Virus genome (UHGV): UHGV-0279031 | DNA from: a virus | DNA length: 17,049 nt | Direction: 5' to 3' (one strand) | Shown: one piece after another, positions 9,703 through 17,049 of the stretch | Numbering within the stretch: position 1 is the first letter of the stretch | Layout: each line of letters begins with the position of its first letter | Program-made: the position numbers and the translations under genes | The notes under the pieces: model-generated | Seen by the model: only the letters and a program-made list of their open reading frames with translations | What the model was told of the DNA's origin: nothing | Databases searched by the model: none

Positions 9703-11013
9703 TTAAATCCGAAGTGATGTGACTCTTCCGGTCGGTTTGACAATAGGGAATTGCTTAACGATGAAATAACCTCCGGCATCATTCGGGTGATCATTGCCAG
9801 ATTTTTTATCAGGCTCCCCCTTCTCATCCCAGACCTGTTGCTCCAGAGATTCGGCATATAACGGGCAACGCTTCACATTAACTTTATAGCGACGCTCACC
9901 ATTGGCATTGCAGAACATTGCATTCATTGAGTTAACGCGATCTTTTACTGGCGGGTTCGAGCTGTTCACCACAACGTTAAAACCAGCCTACTTAAGCTGG
10001 GCTATATCCGTCGTACTTGCGTTACTTGATTTTCTGGAATCCCCGGAAGCATCTGGATAAATATAAATTTCCCTCACTTTCCGGTAATCATTCCCATCAT
10101 ACAGCCAGAAGCGTTCTTTAATGATGCGGATCATATCCGGCGTATCGTAGGCATTGATGATTTCAGTTACCGCACATGGAAGCCCCAAACGCAGCACATG
10201 GACGATTCCCGCCATCTTTCCAACGTTAAAATCCATCCCAATATAAATCGGCTCCCCTGGCTGCTCCACTTCTTCGCAATTATTCAGTTTCCGGTCAAAC
10301 TGATGGTAAACAGTACCACTTGTCAGGTTAGTAAACTGTCCTCGAAGATAGGCTTTAATCAGCTCTGGAGGGTATGATTCAAGAAGCGAAGGAATGTAAT
10401 CTGCTGGCAGGTTCTTTTCATTATCGAAAGTAGATGCCTGCACCAGACCATACAGTGAGGCCAGCTCTGTTTTTTCACGCACGGCTTTAACAAACTGCTC
10501 GTAGACAAATTTGAATCCTTCCGGCGTGGTTGTAACGTCAATACCGTTGCGAAGTCCATCAATCTTATAACGCATACGTGCAATTATCTTGCGCCACGCC
10601 GTTCTGGCTTTTTCCTTCGGCAAAATGTCCAGTTCATCCACCAACGCATTACCAATTTTGAAACCGACGATCGTTTGTGGCTTCTCCATCGATCTGCAGA
10701 TAGTGGTTCCCCGATACTGGCGTCCGTAATAAAAGTGAACCTCTTTATTTCCCTCATTAATTTTTACGTTCAATCCCCAGTCAGCAGCAACTTCTTCCAC
10801 TGTAGGGTAAAAAATATCGCGAATTTGGGGATACGTTGGCGCAAAATATCCCTGATTTATACCTGGATGCTCCCAAATCCCCTTGCATATGCCGCCACAC
10901 CCAACCCATGTTTTGCCCGAGCCAAAACCAGCAATATAGGCTTTAAATTTATGGGGCATTGAAAGAAATCGCGCCTGAGGCACATTAAGCGTCGGAGAGA
11001 TCATCTTCATCAC
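9703..11013 (-). pseudogene. Terminase large subunit interrupted by a single in-frame TAG (plus-strand 9988-9990)
   Basis: N-terminal ORF (341 aa) has Walker A GFGSGKT and a nuclease-domain start (IYIGMDFNVG). The 89-aa ORF 9703..9972 is in the same frame and ends with NDHPNDAGGY, which looks like a terminase nuclease C-terminal motif. Only TAG plus five sense codons separate them (...DIAQLK*AGFNVVVNSS...). Confidence 0.7.
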
Positions 11014-12079
11014 TCCTTACTCTGGCATCAACCACATTAATATTGATCGCCACAGGCTGGGGATATTCATTATCTTCCACCGTTTCGATCTCTTTGCGCA
11101 GCTTCTGGTTTTCCATTCTGCGCCGTTCAATTTCCAGTTCCTGTAGCCGCTTATCTGCACATAAAGCCCCGCCAGCAGAAAACAAACGCAACAATTCACG
11201 CCGGGCGGCAGCCTTATCCTCCAGCAGGATCTCAACGCCGAATTTTCCGAATTTTGCCCCTGCATATAATTGCCGCGCATCCCCATCAAGCAGAGTGGTA
11301 TCAGCCATATAAAGCTGTCCCGTTTCCTCACCGCAGCACTTCGGGCAGTCCGGATTGGGTATGGCGTTATCAACAAAGCCGAGGCCTCCATATTCCGGTT
11401 CGGGTTTGCCATCTCTGGAAGCCTGCGCCGCTGCCTTGTCGAATTCTGCTATATCGCGCCACTGGTAGAGATGATTCTCGCCCCAGCAATAACGGCAGTT
11501 AACACGGCGAAATTGTGCAAGCTGATTGGGGTCGGCCAGGACAATAGCCATCAACTGACTCACTAGTAAATCCAGGTCTGCGGTATAGCGTTTCTGGTAC
11601 TGATTGCGGAAGTAGCTGATAGCGCGAAAAACCCTGGCATTTCTAAGCATACGACTGGCGTTGCTGTTAGCTGTCGCACCTTGCCCCTCATAACCGGCTA
11701 GTCGGTACGCCTCTGTCGGCTTTTTACCCTGAGCAACAAGCATCGCAAACTTAGCCTGCTGGTCAGAAATGCCGAATTCATCGGGACAGAACGAAAATTC
11801 CTCCGCGTCGCCCTCATTCAGGCCCGCATCGAATACTGGCTTTTTTTCCTGAGATTTTTCGTTCCGCTTTTGTGCAGTCTGCGCAGATTTTTTCTGCGCA
11901 CTTTTTTGCGCAGTTTTGCACATTTCTGTCTGCGCATTTTTCGGAGTTTTTTTGATGTAACGACGGGCTGTTGCGTAATTCAGTCCCCTTGCTTCACACC
12001 ATGCCACCGGAGATATACCGGAGCGGGTGTATTCAGCAATATACTCCTGCTGCAACGCCCCCCAGTCCGGTCTGCTCAT
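10985..12079 (-). CDS. Putative terminase small subunit / DNA-packaging DNA-binding protein
   Basis: 364 aa immediately upstream of and overlapping the terminase large subunit; N-terminal HTH-like segment, Cys cluster (CRYCW...CPKCC), basic AQK-rich stretch. Larger than a typical small subunit, so the call is positional. Confidence 0.4.
   Translation of the reverse strand: MSRPDWGALQQEYIAEYTRSGISPVAWCEARGLNYATARRYIKKTPKNAQTEMCKTAQKSAQKKSAQTAQKRNEKSQEKKPVFDAGLNEGDAEEFSFCPDEFGISDQQAKFAMLVAQGKKPTEAYRLAGYEGQGATANSNASRMLRNARVFRAISYFRNQYQKRYTADLDLLVSQLMAIVLADPNQLAQFRRVNCRYCWGENHLYQWRDIAEFDKAAAQASRDGKPEPEYGGLGFVDNAIPNPDCPKCCGEETGQLYMADTTLLDGDARQLYAGAKFGKFGVEILLEDKAAARRELLRLFSAGGALCADKRLQELEIERRRMENQKLRKEIETVEDNEYPQPVAININVVDARVRSDEDDLSDA
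11881..11946. repeat. Array of TGCGCA-like palindromic hexamers, each followed by a T-tract, inside the 5' part of the terS candidate
   Basis: TGTGCA 11881, TGCGCA 11890, TGCGCA 11905, TGCGCA 11917, TGCACA 11927, TGCGCA 11941; spacings of 9-15 bp; T4-7 tracts between them. Confidence 0.6.
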
Positions 12080-12082
12080 CAG

Positions 12083-12334
12083 TTAGTCCTGATTTTTATC
12101 CACCCTGAGTAGTTCGCGCAGAGCAAAGGCATCCCCTTTTCTGGCAAGCTTAAACAATGCCGCTCGTAACTCGGCTTCACCTTTCGCTCTGCCCTTACGG
12201 ATGGCCGCATAAAAATCTGTCATTGCTTCCCGATTTTCTTTCAGTCGGTTCAGATCAACATCCAGAACGTCAGCGATTTGTTGTGCAGTCATCCGGCACG
12301 CTGCCAGAGACTCGACTTTCGAATACGGAATCAT
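12083..12334 (-). CDS. Small helix-turn-helix-like protein (83 aa)
   Basis: GGGGGTGA Shine-Dalgarno 3 nt upstream of ATG 12334; contains MTAQQIADVLDVDLNRL, an HTH-like segment; tightly packed immediately upstream of the terS candidate. Confidence 0.4.
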   Translation of the reverse strand: MIPYSKVESLAACRMTAQQIADVLDVDLNRLKENREAMTDFYAAIRKGRAKGEAELRAALFKLARKGDAFALRELLRVDKNQD

Positions 12335-13220
12335 TTGTCACCCCCATTGATATGCAGGGTGTCTTCTTCCTGTATTTTTCGTGAAGGATTTTTACTGCAG
12401 CGTTGTTCCAGGTGACCTGATGGTGAATGCGTTTATGACTGGCACCCATAAGTGAGATTTTTACGCACGACGGCGCATACATGACGGAGTAAAAACTTTT
12501 AACGTAGGTTCCGGAATCCAGATACAGCTCGGTCATTCCGCCGCTGTTTTTCTGCGTCTGTTTCTGCCCTAACTGGACAGCACCGATCGTCATAAACAAT
12601 TCACCACAGCGACCGAGATTCGTGTACGTATTCACATCCTCGTTAATGCGCCCCATGAATGAGAACGGTCGATCAACCGAACAGATAAAGCTGTTCATTG
12701 CCTTGCGTTTCACCCACGAAGCATGGCCGCCATTGTCACCAAGAAAATCCCCGCCCTGCGACATAGCGATGGAAAGAGCAGGTATTGATTCGTAGTACGC
12801 AAGCATTTCAGAAAGGATCTCATCCAGTTTCCTTATCGGGAAATAGGCCTGGTCATAGTTGCGATCCACCCGAAACTGGAACTCGTGATAATCATCATCG
12901 AGCTGAATGAAGTATTTACACCCGACCAGTTTTGCCTGGTCGAAACAGGCATTACGGGCGTAAAAAATTGAGCGGCGGTCACTAAAATTATCGGCTTCGT
13001 CAAAACGACTAGCAATATCGGCTTTGGAAAATACCAGCACCTGTTCACCAAATTCAGCCATGTACTGATGCCGTGTCTTATCTTCATCATCAACAACGAT
13101 AAAAATTTTCCCGGTATAGCCAGCACGACGCAACGTCCGGTAAGTCAGAACTTTGTCCGGTCGCCCGTGAGTCAGAATAAAGGCGCAAAAATCATCACGC
13201 ATATTCCTCCTCCCCGCCAT
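12270..13220 (-). CDS. Uncharacterised enzyme-like protein with two acidic clusters (VVDDED, QLDDDY)
   Basis: 316-aa ORF; start overlaps the ParB-like gene stop (alternative ATG at 13202 preceded by GGAGGAGG). Strand-then-acidic pattern AFILTHGR...IFIVVDDED...YFIQLDDDY resembles DxD-type nucleotide-dependent transferases, but this is motif-level inference only. Confidence 0.3.
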   Translation of the reverse strand: MAGRRNMRDDFCAFILTHGRPDKVLTYRTLRRAGYTGKIFIVVDDEDKTRHQYMAEFGEQVLVFSKADIASRFDEADNFSDRRSIFYARNACFDQAKLVGCKYFIQLDDDYHEFQFRVDRNYDQAYFPIRKLDEILSEMLAYYESIPALSIAMSQGGDFLGDNGGHASWVKRKAMNSFICSVDRPFSFMGRINEDVNTYTNLGRCGELFMTIGAVQLGQKQTQKNSGGMTELYLDSGTYVKSFYSVMYAPSCVKISLMGASHKRIHHQVTWNNAAVKILHEKYRKKTPCISMGVTNDSVFESRVSGSVPDDCTTNR

Positions 13221-13983
13221 GCATGATCTCCACCATGCGCTGCGTCATTCGGACAAATCCATTTTCAATAGCCTGCTGATAATCAATGATCACCAGCGCC
13301 GACTCCTCGAAAAGGCACTGAATTTCAGCGGGGGCATGAGCGTAATAGTCCGCAATTCTGCTGAAATTAAACACCGTGTGACGTTCTGCTGCACACAGGA
13401 GGAATTTCTCAATATCAGGATCAAGGGACGCCGAACGTATCCGGCTGATCAGCTCCTGAGTTTTCGTATCGTCGTACAGTTCACTGATATCCGGTTTACC
13501 GCCTGACGGCTCATAAACAGGCGTATCAATTTTCGTCGTATACGGCTCCTCCTCATTTCCTGTACCGGGCAAAACATCCGTCAACAGTTCATCAATTTCT
13601 GCCGGGATGAAGCCTGTCAGGGAGACATCAAAATCAGCATTGATTAGGTCCGACAGCTCCATCCGCAACAGATCTTCATCCCAGCCAGCATTCATCGGCA
13701 GGCGATTATCTGCCAGGCGGTACGCCTTTTTCTGCTCATCCGTCAGGCCAGACAGAACAATGACCGGAACAGAATCCATTTTGAGCATTTCAGCCGCCAT
13801 AACACGACCGTGACCCGCAATAATTTCGCCCTTTTCGTCAATCAGCACCGGATTAGTCCAGCCGAATTGCTTAATACTTTCTACCAGTTGTGCCACCTGC
13901 TCAGTACTGTGCGTCCTGGCGTTGTGCGCATACGGTGACAATTCTTGTAATGGGCGATAGACTATCTTTAATTTCTCGCTCAT
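13195..13983 (-). CDS. ParB/sulfiredoxin-like N-terminal domain protein
   Basis: 262 aa; N-terminal region with ...PVLIDEKGEIIAGHGRVMAAEML..., a DGxHR-like ParB-fold motif; this is the position held by ynaK in Rac-like prophages, directly after trkG. Confidence 0.55.
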   Translation of the reverse strand: MSEKLKIVYRPLQELSPYAHNARTHSTEQVAQLVESIKQFGWTNPVLIDEKGEIIAGHGRVMAAEMLKMDSVPVIVLSGLTDEQKKAYRLADNRLPMNAGWDEDLLRMELSDLINADFDVSLTGFIPAEIDELLTDVLPGTGNEEEPYTTKIDTPVYEPSGGKPDISELYDDTKTQELISRIRSASLDPDIEKFLLCAAERHTVFNFSRIADYYAHAPAEIQCLFEESALVIIDYQQAIENGFVRMTQRMVEIMHGGEEEYA

Positions 13984-13998
13984 ACAGCCTTGCTTTAT

Positions 13999-14034
13999 GA
14001 ATAAAACGCACCCCAGCAGCCAGTGCTACTGGGG
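13999..14034 (-). terminator. Possible terminator downstream of trkG
   Basis: Minus-strand RNA CCCCAG-(12-nt loop)-CUGGGG followed by UGCG-UUUUAUU; the loop is longer than typical, so the call is weak. Confidence 0.3.
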
Positions 14035-14120
14035 GCGGAGGTGTTGCTGGTAAAGTTAGGTATTGGATCAATGAGCGAGTCAACATAATATTAAACTCAC
14101 AATTATAAATCAGCCATATA

Positions 14121-15578
14121 TTAGGAGCGCCAAAAAAAACCTGAAAACAATATAATAACAGGATAAATTTCAAGGCGACCAAGAATCATAGCTATGCACA
14201 TTAAATATTTTGCAATGTCATTAAGCACTCCGAATGACGATGCAGTAGCCCCAAAACCTAATCCCATATTATTAATACATGCAGCCACTGTTGCAAATGA
14301 TGTAAGAAAATCATATCCCATACCATTTAACACCAGTATAAAAAACACCGTGAAGAGAGTATAAAGAAAAAAGAAACTCCATACAGACCTCATTACACGA
14401 TCTGTAACTATCTTCCCTCCTACATTTACACTCAACAACGCTCTGGGATGAGAAAGCTGATTTATCTCGTGTTTGCTTTGTTTGAAAAGTATAAGAAATC
14501 GAAGTGACTTAATTCCACCACAGGTTGAACCTATACATCCCCCAAAGAAACTTGACAACAGCAAAAACACTATCGTGTGCGTGGGCCAGTTTGCATAATC
14601 CTGCGTAGCTAAACCATTATCAGTGAGCATGGAGCTGGCAAGAAAAAACGAATGAATAAAACTTCCATGCAAGTCATACATACCTATATGCCAGACCTGG
14701 AAAGAGGTAACAATGATCACCCCTAAGGCTATTAACAGAAAGAAACGAAGTTCAATATCTCTGATTAAAGGTTTTATCGTTTTTCTGCTAATAACAATAT
14801 ACCAAAGAGTGAAGTTGAAAGCCGATAGCAGGGAAAAAGAACCAGCCACCAGCTCAACCAAATAGTTATTAAAATATCCGATACTCTCGCTATGAGTTGA
14901 GAAACCACCAAGCGAAACTGTGGAAATCCCGTGACAAATAGCATCAAACAAAGGCATTCCTGCAAGTCTATAACAGACAATACAAGCAATACCTAATAAA
15001 GAATAAGTTATCCACAGTGTCCGTGACGTATCGGCCAGGCGGGGAGTGAGTTTGTCATCCTTAAATGGCCCCGGCATTTCTGACTGATAAAGCTTTGCAC
15101 CACCAATACCCAATAATGGCAATACTGCAACCGCCAGAACAATAACTCCTAAACCACCTATAAAATTTAACTGTGACCGATAGTACAAATATGCCCGAGG
15201 TAATGAACTAACATCATCAATTACAGTTGCTCCTGTTGTTGTTATTCCAGAAACCCCTTCAAACAGAGCATCAATGAACGTTAAATTAAGTTCTGAGTCA
15301 ATCCATAAAGGGAATGCACTAATAACAGAAAACAAAATCCAAAACATTACAATTATAATAAACCCATCACGGGTACGTAATTGAATGCCAGATTTCTTAG
15401 TTGTATACCACGCTCCGCCACCAATGCAAAAAAATATAACGAAAGTTATAAAGAAAACGAACAGGCTTTTTTCTTTATAAAACAATGCTACAACCATTGG
15501 TGGCAACATTGAAAGACTATAGAGCCAAACCAGGAACCCACACATATGAGTAACAACTCTTACATGAGATGTATTCAT
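14121..15578 (-). CDS. trkG: Trk-system potassium uptake membrane protein TrkG (TrkH/TrkG family)
   Basis: 485 aa from ATG 15578 (MNTSHVRVVTHMCGFLVWLYSL...), matching my recollection of E. coli Rac-encoded TrkG; many hydrophobic segments; markedly AT-rich relative to the flanking phage genes. The ORF track starts 18 nt upstream at a TTG. Confidence 0.85.
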   Translation of the reverse strand: MNTSHVRVVTHMCGFLVWLYSLSMLPPMVVALFYKEKSLFVFFITFVIFFCIGGGAWYTTKKSGIQLRTRDGFIIIVMFWILFSVISAFPLWIDSELNLTFIDALFEGVSGITTTGATVIDDVSSLPRAYLYYRSQLNFIGGLGVIVLAVAVLPLLGIGGAKLYQSEMPGPFKDDKLTPRLADTSRTLWITYSLLGIACIVCYRLAGMPLFDAICHGISTVSLGGFSTHSESIGYFNNYLVELVAGSFSLLSAFNFTLWYIVISRKTIKPLIRDIELRFFLLIALGVIIVTSFQVWHIGMYDLHGSFIHSFFLASSMLTDNGLATQDYANWPTHTIVFLLLSSFFGGCIGSTCGGIKSLRFLILFKQSKHEINQLSHPRALLSVNVGGKIVTDRVMRSVWSFFFLYTLFTVFFILVLNGMGYDFLTSFATVAACINNMGLGFGATASSFGVLNDIAKYLMCIAMILGRLEIYPVIILFSGFFWRS

Positions 15579-15715
15579 ATCTAAATATTCTTTCAATTAT
15601 AACCACCTTGCTGCAATATTATGATTATACTGTATAAAATTTAACTCCTCTTAGATCTTACTTCACTGTTCCTTATGAAACAATCATCAAAATGAATCAT
15701 ATTGTAGTTAAGATT

Positions 15716-16180
15716 TTACTTTAAACACTGCTCGGTTATGTATTGCTGAGCACCTTCAAGTTGGGCCTGCATCATTACCAGTCGTTCCCGGAGGGTGAAA
15801 TAATCCCGTTCAGCGGTGTCTGCCAGTCGGGGGGAGGCTGCATTATCCACGCCGGAGGCGGTGGTGGCTTCACGCACTGACTGACAGACTGCTTTGATGT
15901 GCAACCGACGACGACCAGCGGCAACATCATCACGCAGAGCATCATTTTCAGCTTTAGCATCAGCTAACTCCTTCGTGTATTTTGCATCGAGCGCAGCAAC
16001 ATCACGCTGACGCATCTGCATGTCAGTAATTGCCGCGTTCGCCAGCTTCAGTTCTCTGGCATTTTTGTCGCGCTGGGCTTTGTAGGTAATGGCGTTATCA
16101 CGGTAATGATTAACAGCCCATGACAGGCAGACGATGATGCAGATAACCAGAGCGGAGATAATCGCGGTTACTCTGTTCAT
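15716..16180 (-). CDS. Rz: Rz i-spanin
   Basis: From ATG 16180 (ATGA overlap with the endolysin stop) the translation [60 protein letters not shown]... is near-identical to lambda Rz. Confidence 0.9.
   Translation of the reverse strand: MNRVTAIISALVICIIVCLSWAVNHYRDNAITYKAQRDKNARELKLANAAITDMQMRQRDVAALDAKYTKELADAKAENDALRDDVAAGRRRLHIKAVCQSVREATTASGVDNAASPRLADTAERDYFTLRERLVMMQAQLEGAQQYITEQCLK
15775..15960 (-). CDS. Rz1: Rz1 o-spanin lipoprotein, embedded in the +1 frame of Rz
   Basis: [52 protein letters not shown]: signal peptide, lipobox VVGC and proline-rich body, as in lambda Rz1. Confidence 0.9.
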   Translation of the reverse strand: MLKLKMMLCVMMLPLVVVGCTSKQSVSQCVKPPPPPAWIMQPPPDWQTPLNGIISPSGNDW

Positions 16181-16674
16181 TGCTGACCCCACAAACAGAT
16201 TTCACGCTCAATCTCACGACGAGTCATGAGACCTTTCCATTGCTTACCGCCAGCATATGTCCAGCGACGTAGCTGATCACATGCGCCTTTGATATCGCCC
16301 TGGTTTATTTTGCGAAGAAGCGTCGATGTTCTGAAATTGCCAGCACCCACGTTGTAAACGAATGAGTAAAGAGCGCCGCGCGTTGTTTCCGGTATATCGA
16401 CTTTGATGTACGGGTTAATTTGTCTGGCGACAGTGGCAAGGTCTTTATTCAAGAGTGTTTTGCATTCTGCTTTGGTATACGTTTTACCGAGCATGATGTC
16501 TTTTCCTGTATGCCCGTGACATACAGTCCATACACCAACAATATCTTTGTATGGTATGTAGCTGACACCTTCCAGACCATCGTTACCACTTGGGCCAGTG
16601 ATTAACACTGATGCTATAGCAATTGCTCCGCCACCAATAGCAGCAGCAACGGCTTTTCGTAATGATGGAGGCAT
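16177..16674 (-). CDS. R: SAR endolysin, P21 R-type (T4-lysozyme-like glycoside hydrolase)
   Basis: [57 protein letters not shown]...: Gly/Ala-rich signal-anchor-release N-terminus plus E/D/T catalytic residues; near-identical to phage 21 endolysin as recalled. Confidence 0.9.
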
Positions 16675-16745
16675 TATTCACCTCTCGCAGCCTTGCGCTT
16701 ATCTTCTTTAATCTTGAAATAAAGGTTTGTCAGGTACGTCAGCAG
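16674..16745 (-). pseudogene. Holin remnant: only the C-terminal ~23 codons of a P21 S-type pinholin
   Basis: C-terminus ...[23 protein letters not shown] matches the S21 pinholin C-terminus; stop overlaps the endolysin ATG (TAATG). The N-terminal 40 codons of ORF 16674..16865 are the antisense reading of a duplicated endolysin fragment, not holin. Confidence 0.6.
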
Positions 16746-16748
16746 GCC

Positions 16749-16842
16749 GTGGGTGCTGGCAATTTTAGAACATCGACGCTTCTTCGCAAAATAAACCAGG
16801 GCGATATCAAAGGCGCATGTGATCAGCTGCGTCGCTGGACAT
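16749..16842. repeat. 94-bp inverted duplicate of an internal endolysin segment (partner 16257..16350), 2 mismatches
   Basis: The reverse complement of 16749..16842 equals 16257..16350 except at two positions (compared base by base). Confidence 0.85.
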
Positions 16843-16948
16843 ACCTTCCAGACCATCGTTACCACTTGGGCCAGTGATTAACACTGATGCTATAGCAATT
16901 GCTCCGCCACCAATAGCAGCAGCAACGGCTTTTCGTAATGATGGAGGC
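16843..16948. repeat. 106-bp perfect direct duplicate of the endolysin 5' end / SAR-domain coding region (partner 16567..16672)
   Basis: Identical string accttccagaccatcgtt...cgtaatgatggaggc at both sites. The second copy has no ATG; a TAA lies 5 codons upstream in frame. Confidence 0.85.
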
Positions 16949-17049
16949 TGACTCGGAGTCAGTTACGTTTCTGCTTTTTTGCGATACGTTGTATTCCCTC
17001 AATTTACACCCGCTTTGTCTGCGAGGTGGGGTTATGAAATTCATGGATA

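Noticed and set aside
11017-11566. Minus- and plus-strand ORFs (11017..11412, 11043..11312, 11254..11502, 11270..11566) overlapping the terS candidate
   Set aside because: Alternate-frame ORFs inside a longer, better-supported coding region.
15625-15630. TATAAT -10 hexamer on the minus strand upstream of trkG
   Set aside because: No convincing -35 element at 16-18 bp spacing; in an AT-rich region a lone TATAAT is expected by chance.
16662-16877. 71-aa plus-strand ORF containing [32 protein letters not shown]
   Set aside because: This is the inverted duplicate of an endolysin fragment read on the plus strand, not an independent gene.
16859-17044. 61-aa minus-strand ORF at the right edge
   Set aside because: Runs out of frame across the duplicated endolysin 5' fragment; Cys/Trp-rich, no recognisable features.
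1-17049. CRISPR arrays, tRNA/rRNA genes, insertion-sequence ends
   Set aside because: No regularly spaced repeat-spacer structure, no cloverleaf-like tRNA candidates and no terminal inverted repeats with a transposase ORF were seen; the only repeats are the endolysin duplications and the TGCGCA array.

Overview
The window reads as the late region of a Rac-like lambdoid prophage from an Escherichia/Shigella-type genome, with every credible gene on the minus strand (transcribed from high to low coordinates). All identifications rest on reading the translations and recalling lambda, P21 and Rac proteins; no database search was run. In transcription order: a disrupted holin remnant, a P21-type SAR endolysin, Rz with embedded Rz1, an AT-rich trkG potassium-uptake moron, a ParB-like protein translationally coupled to an unknown 316-aa protein, a small HTH protein, a terminase small-subunit candidate, a terminase large subunit broken by one in-frame TAG, portal, MuF-like head protein, scaffold, a 191-aa protein, tail chaperones G/GT with an A_AAA_AAG -1 frameshift site, tape measure, gpM-like protein, a gpL/tail-fibre-tip chimera, and two convergent tfa fragments at the left edge. 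The element looks defective: no ORF long enough for a major capsid protein, no tail-tip K/I/J genes, a scrambled lysis cassette and an interrupted terminase. The most plausible candidate for an undescribed function is the ParB-like + 316-aa gene pair between trkG and the packaging genes, but that is inference only.
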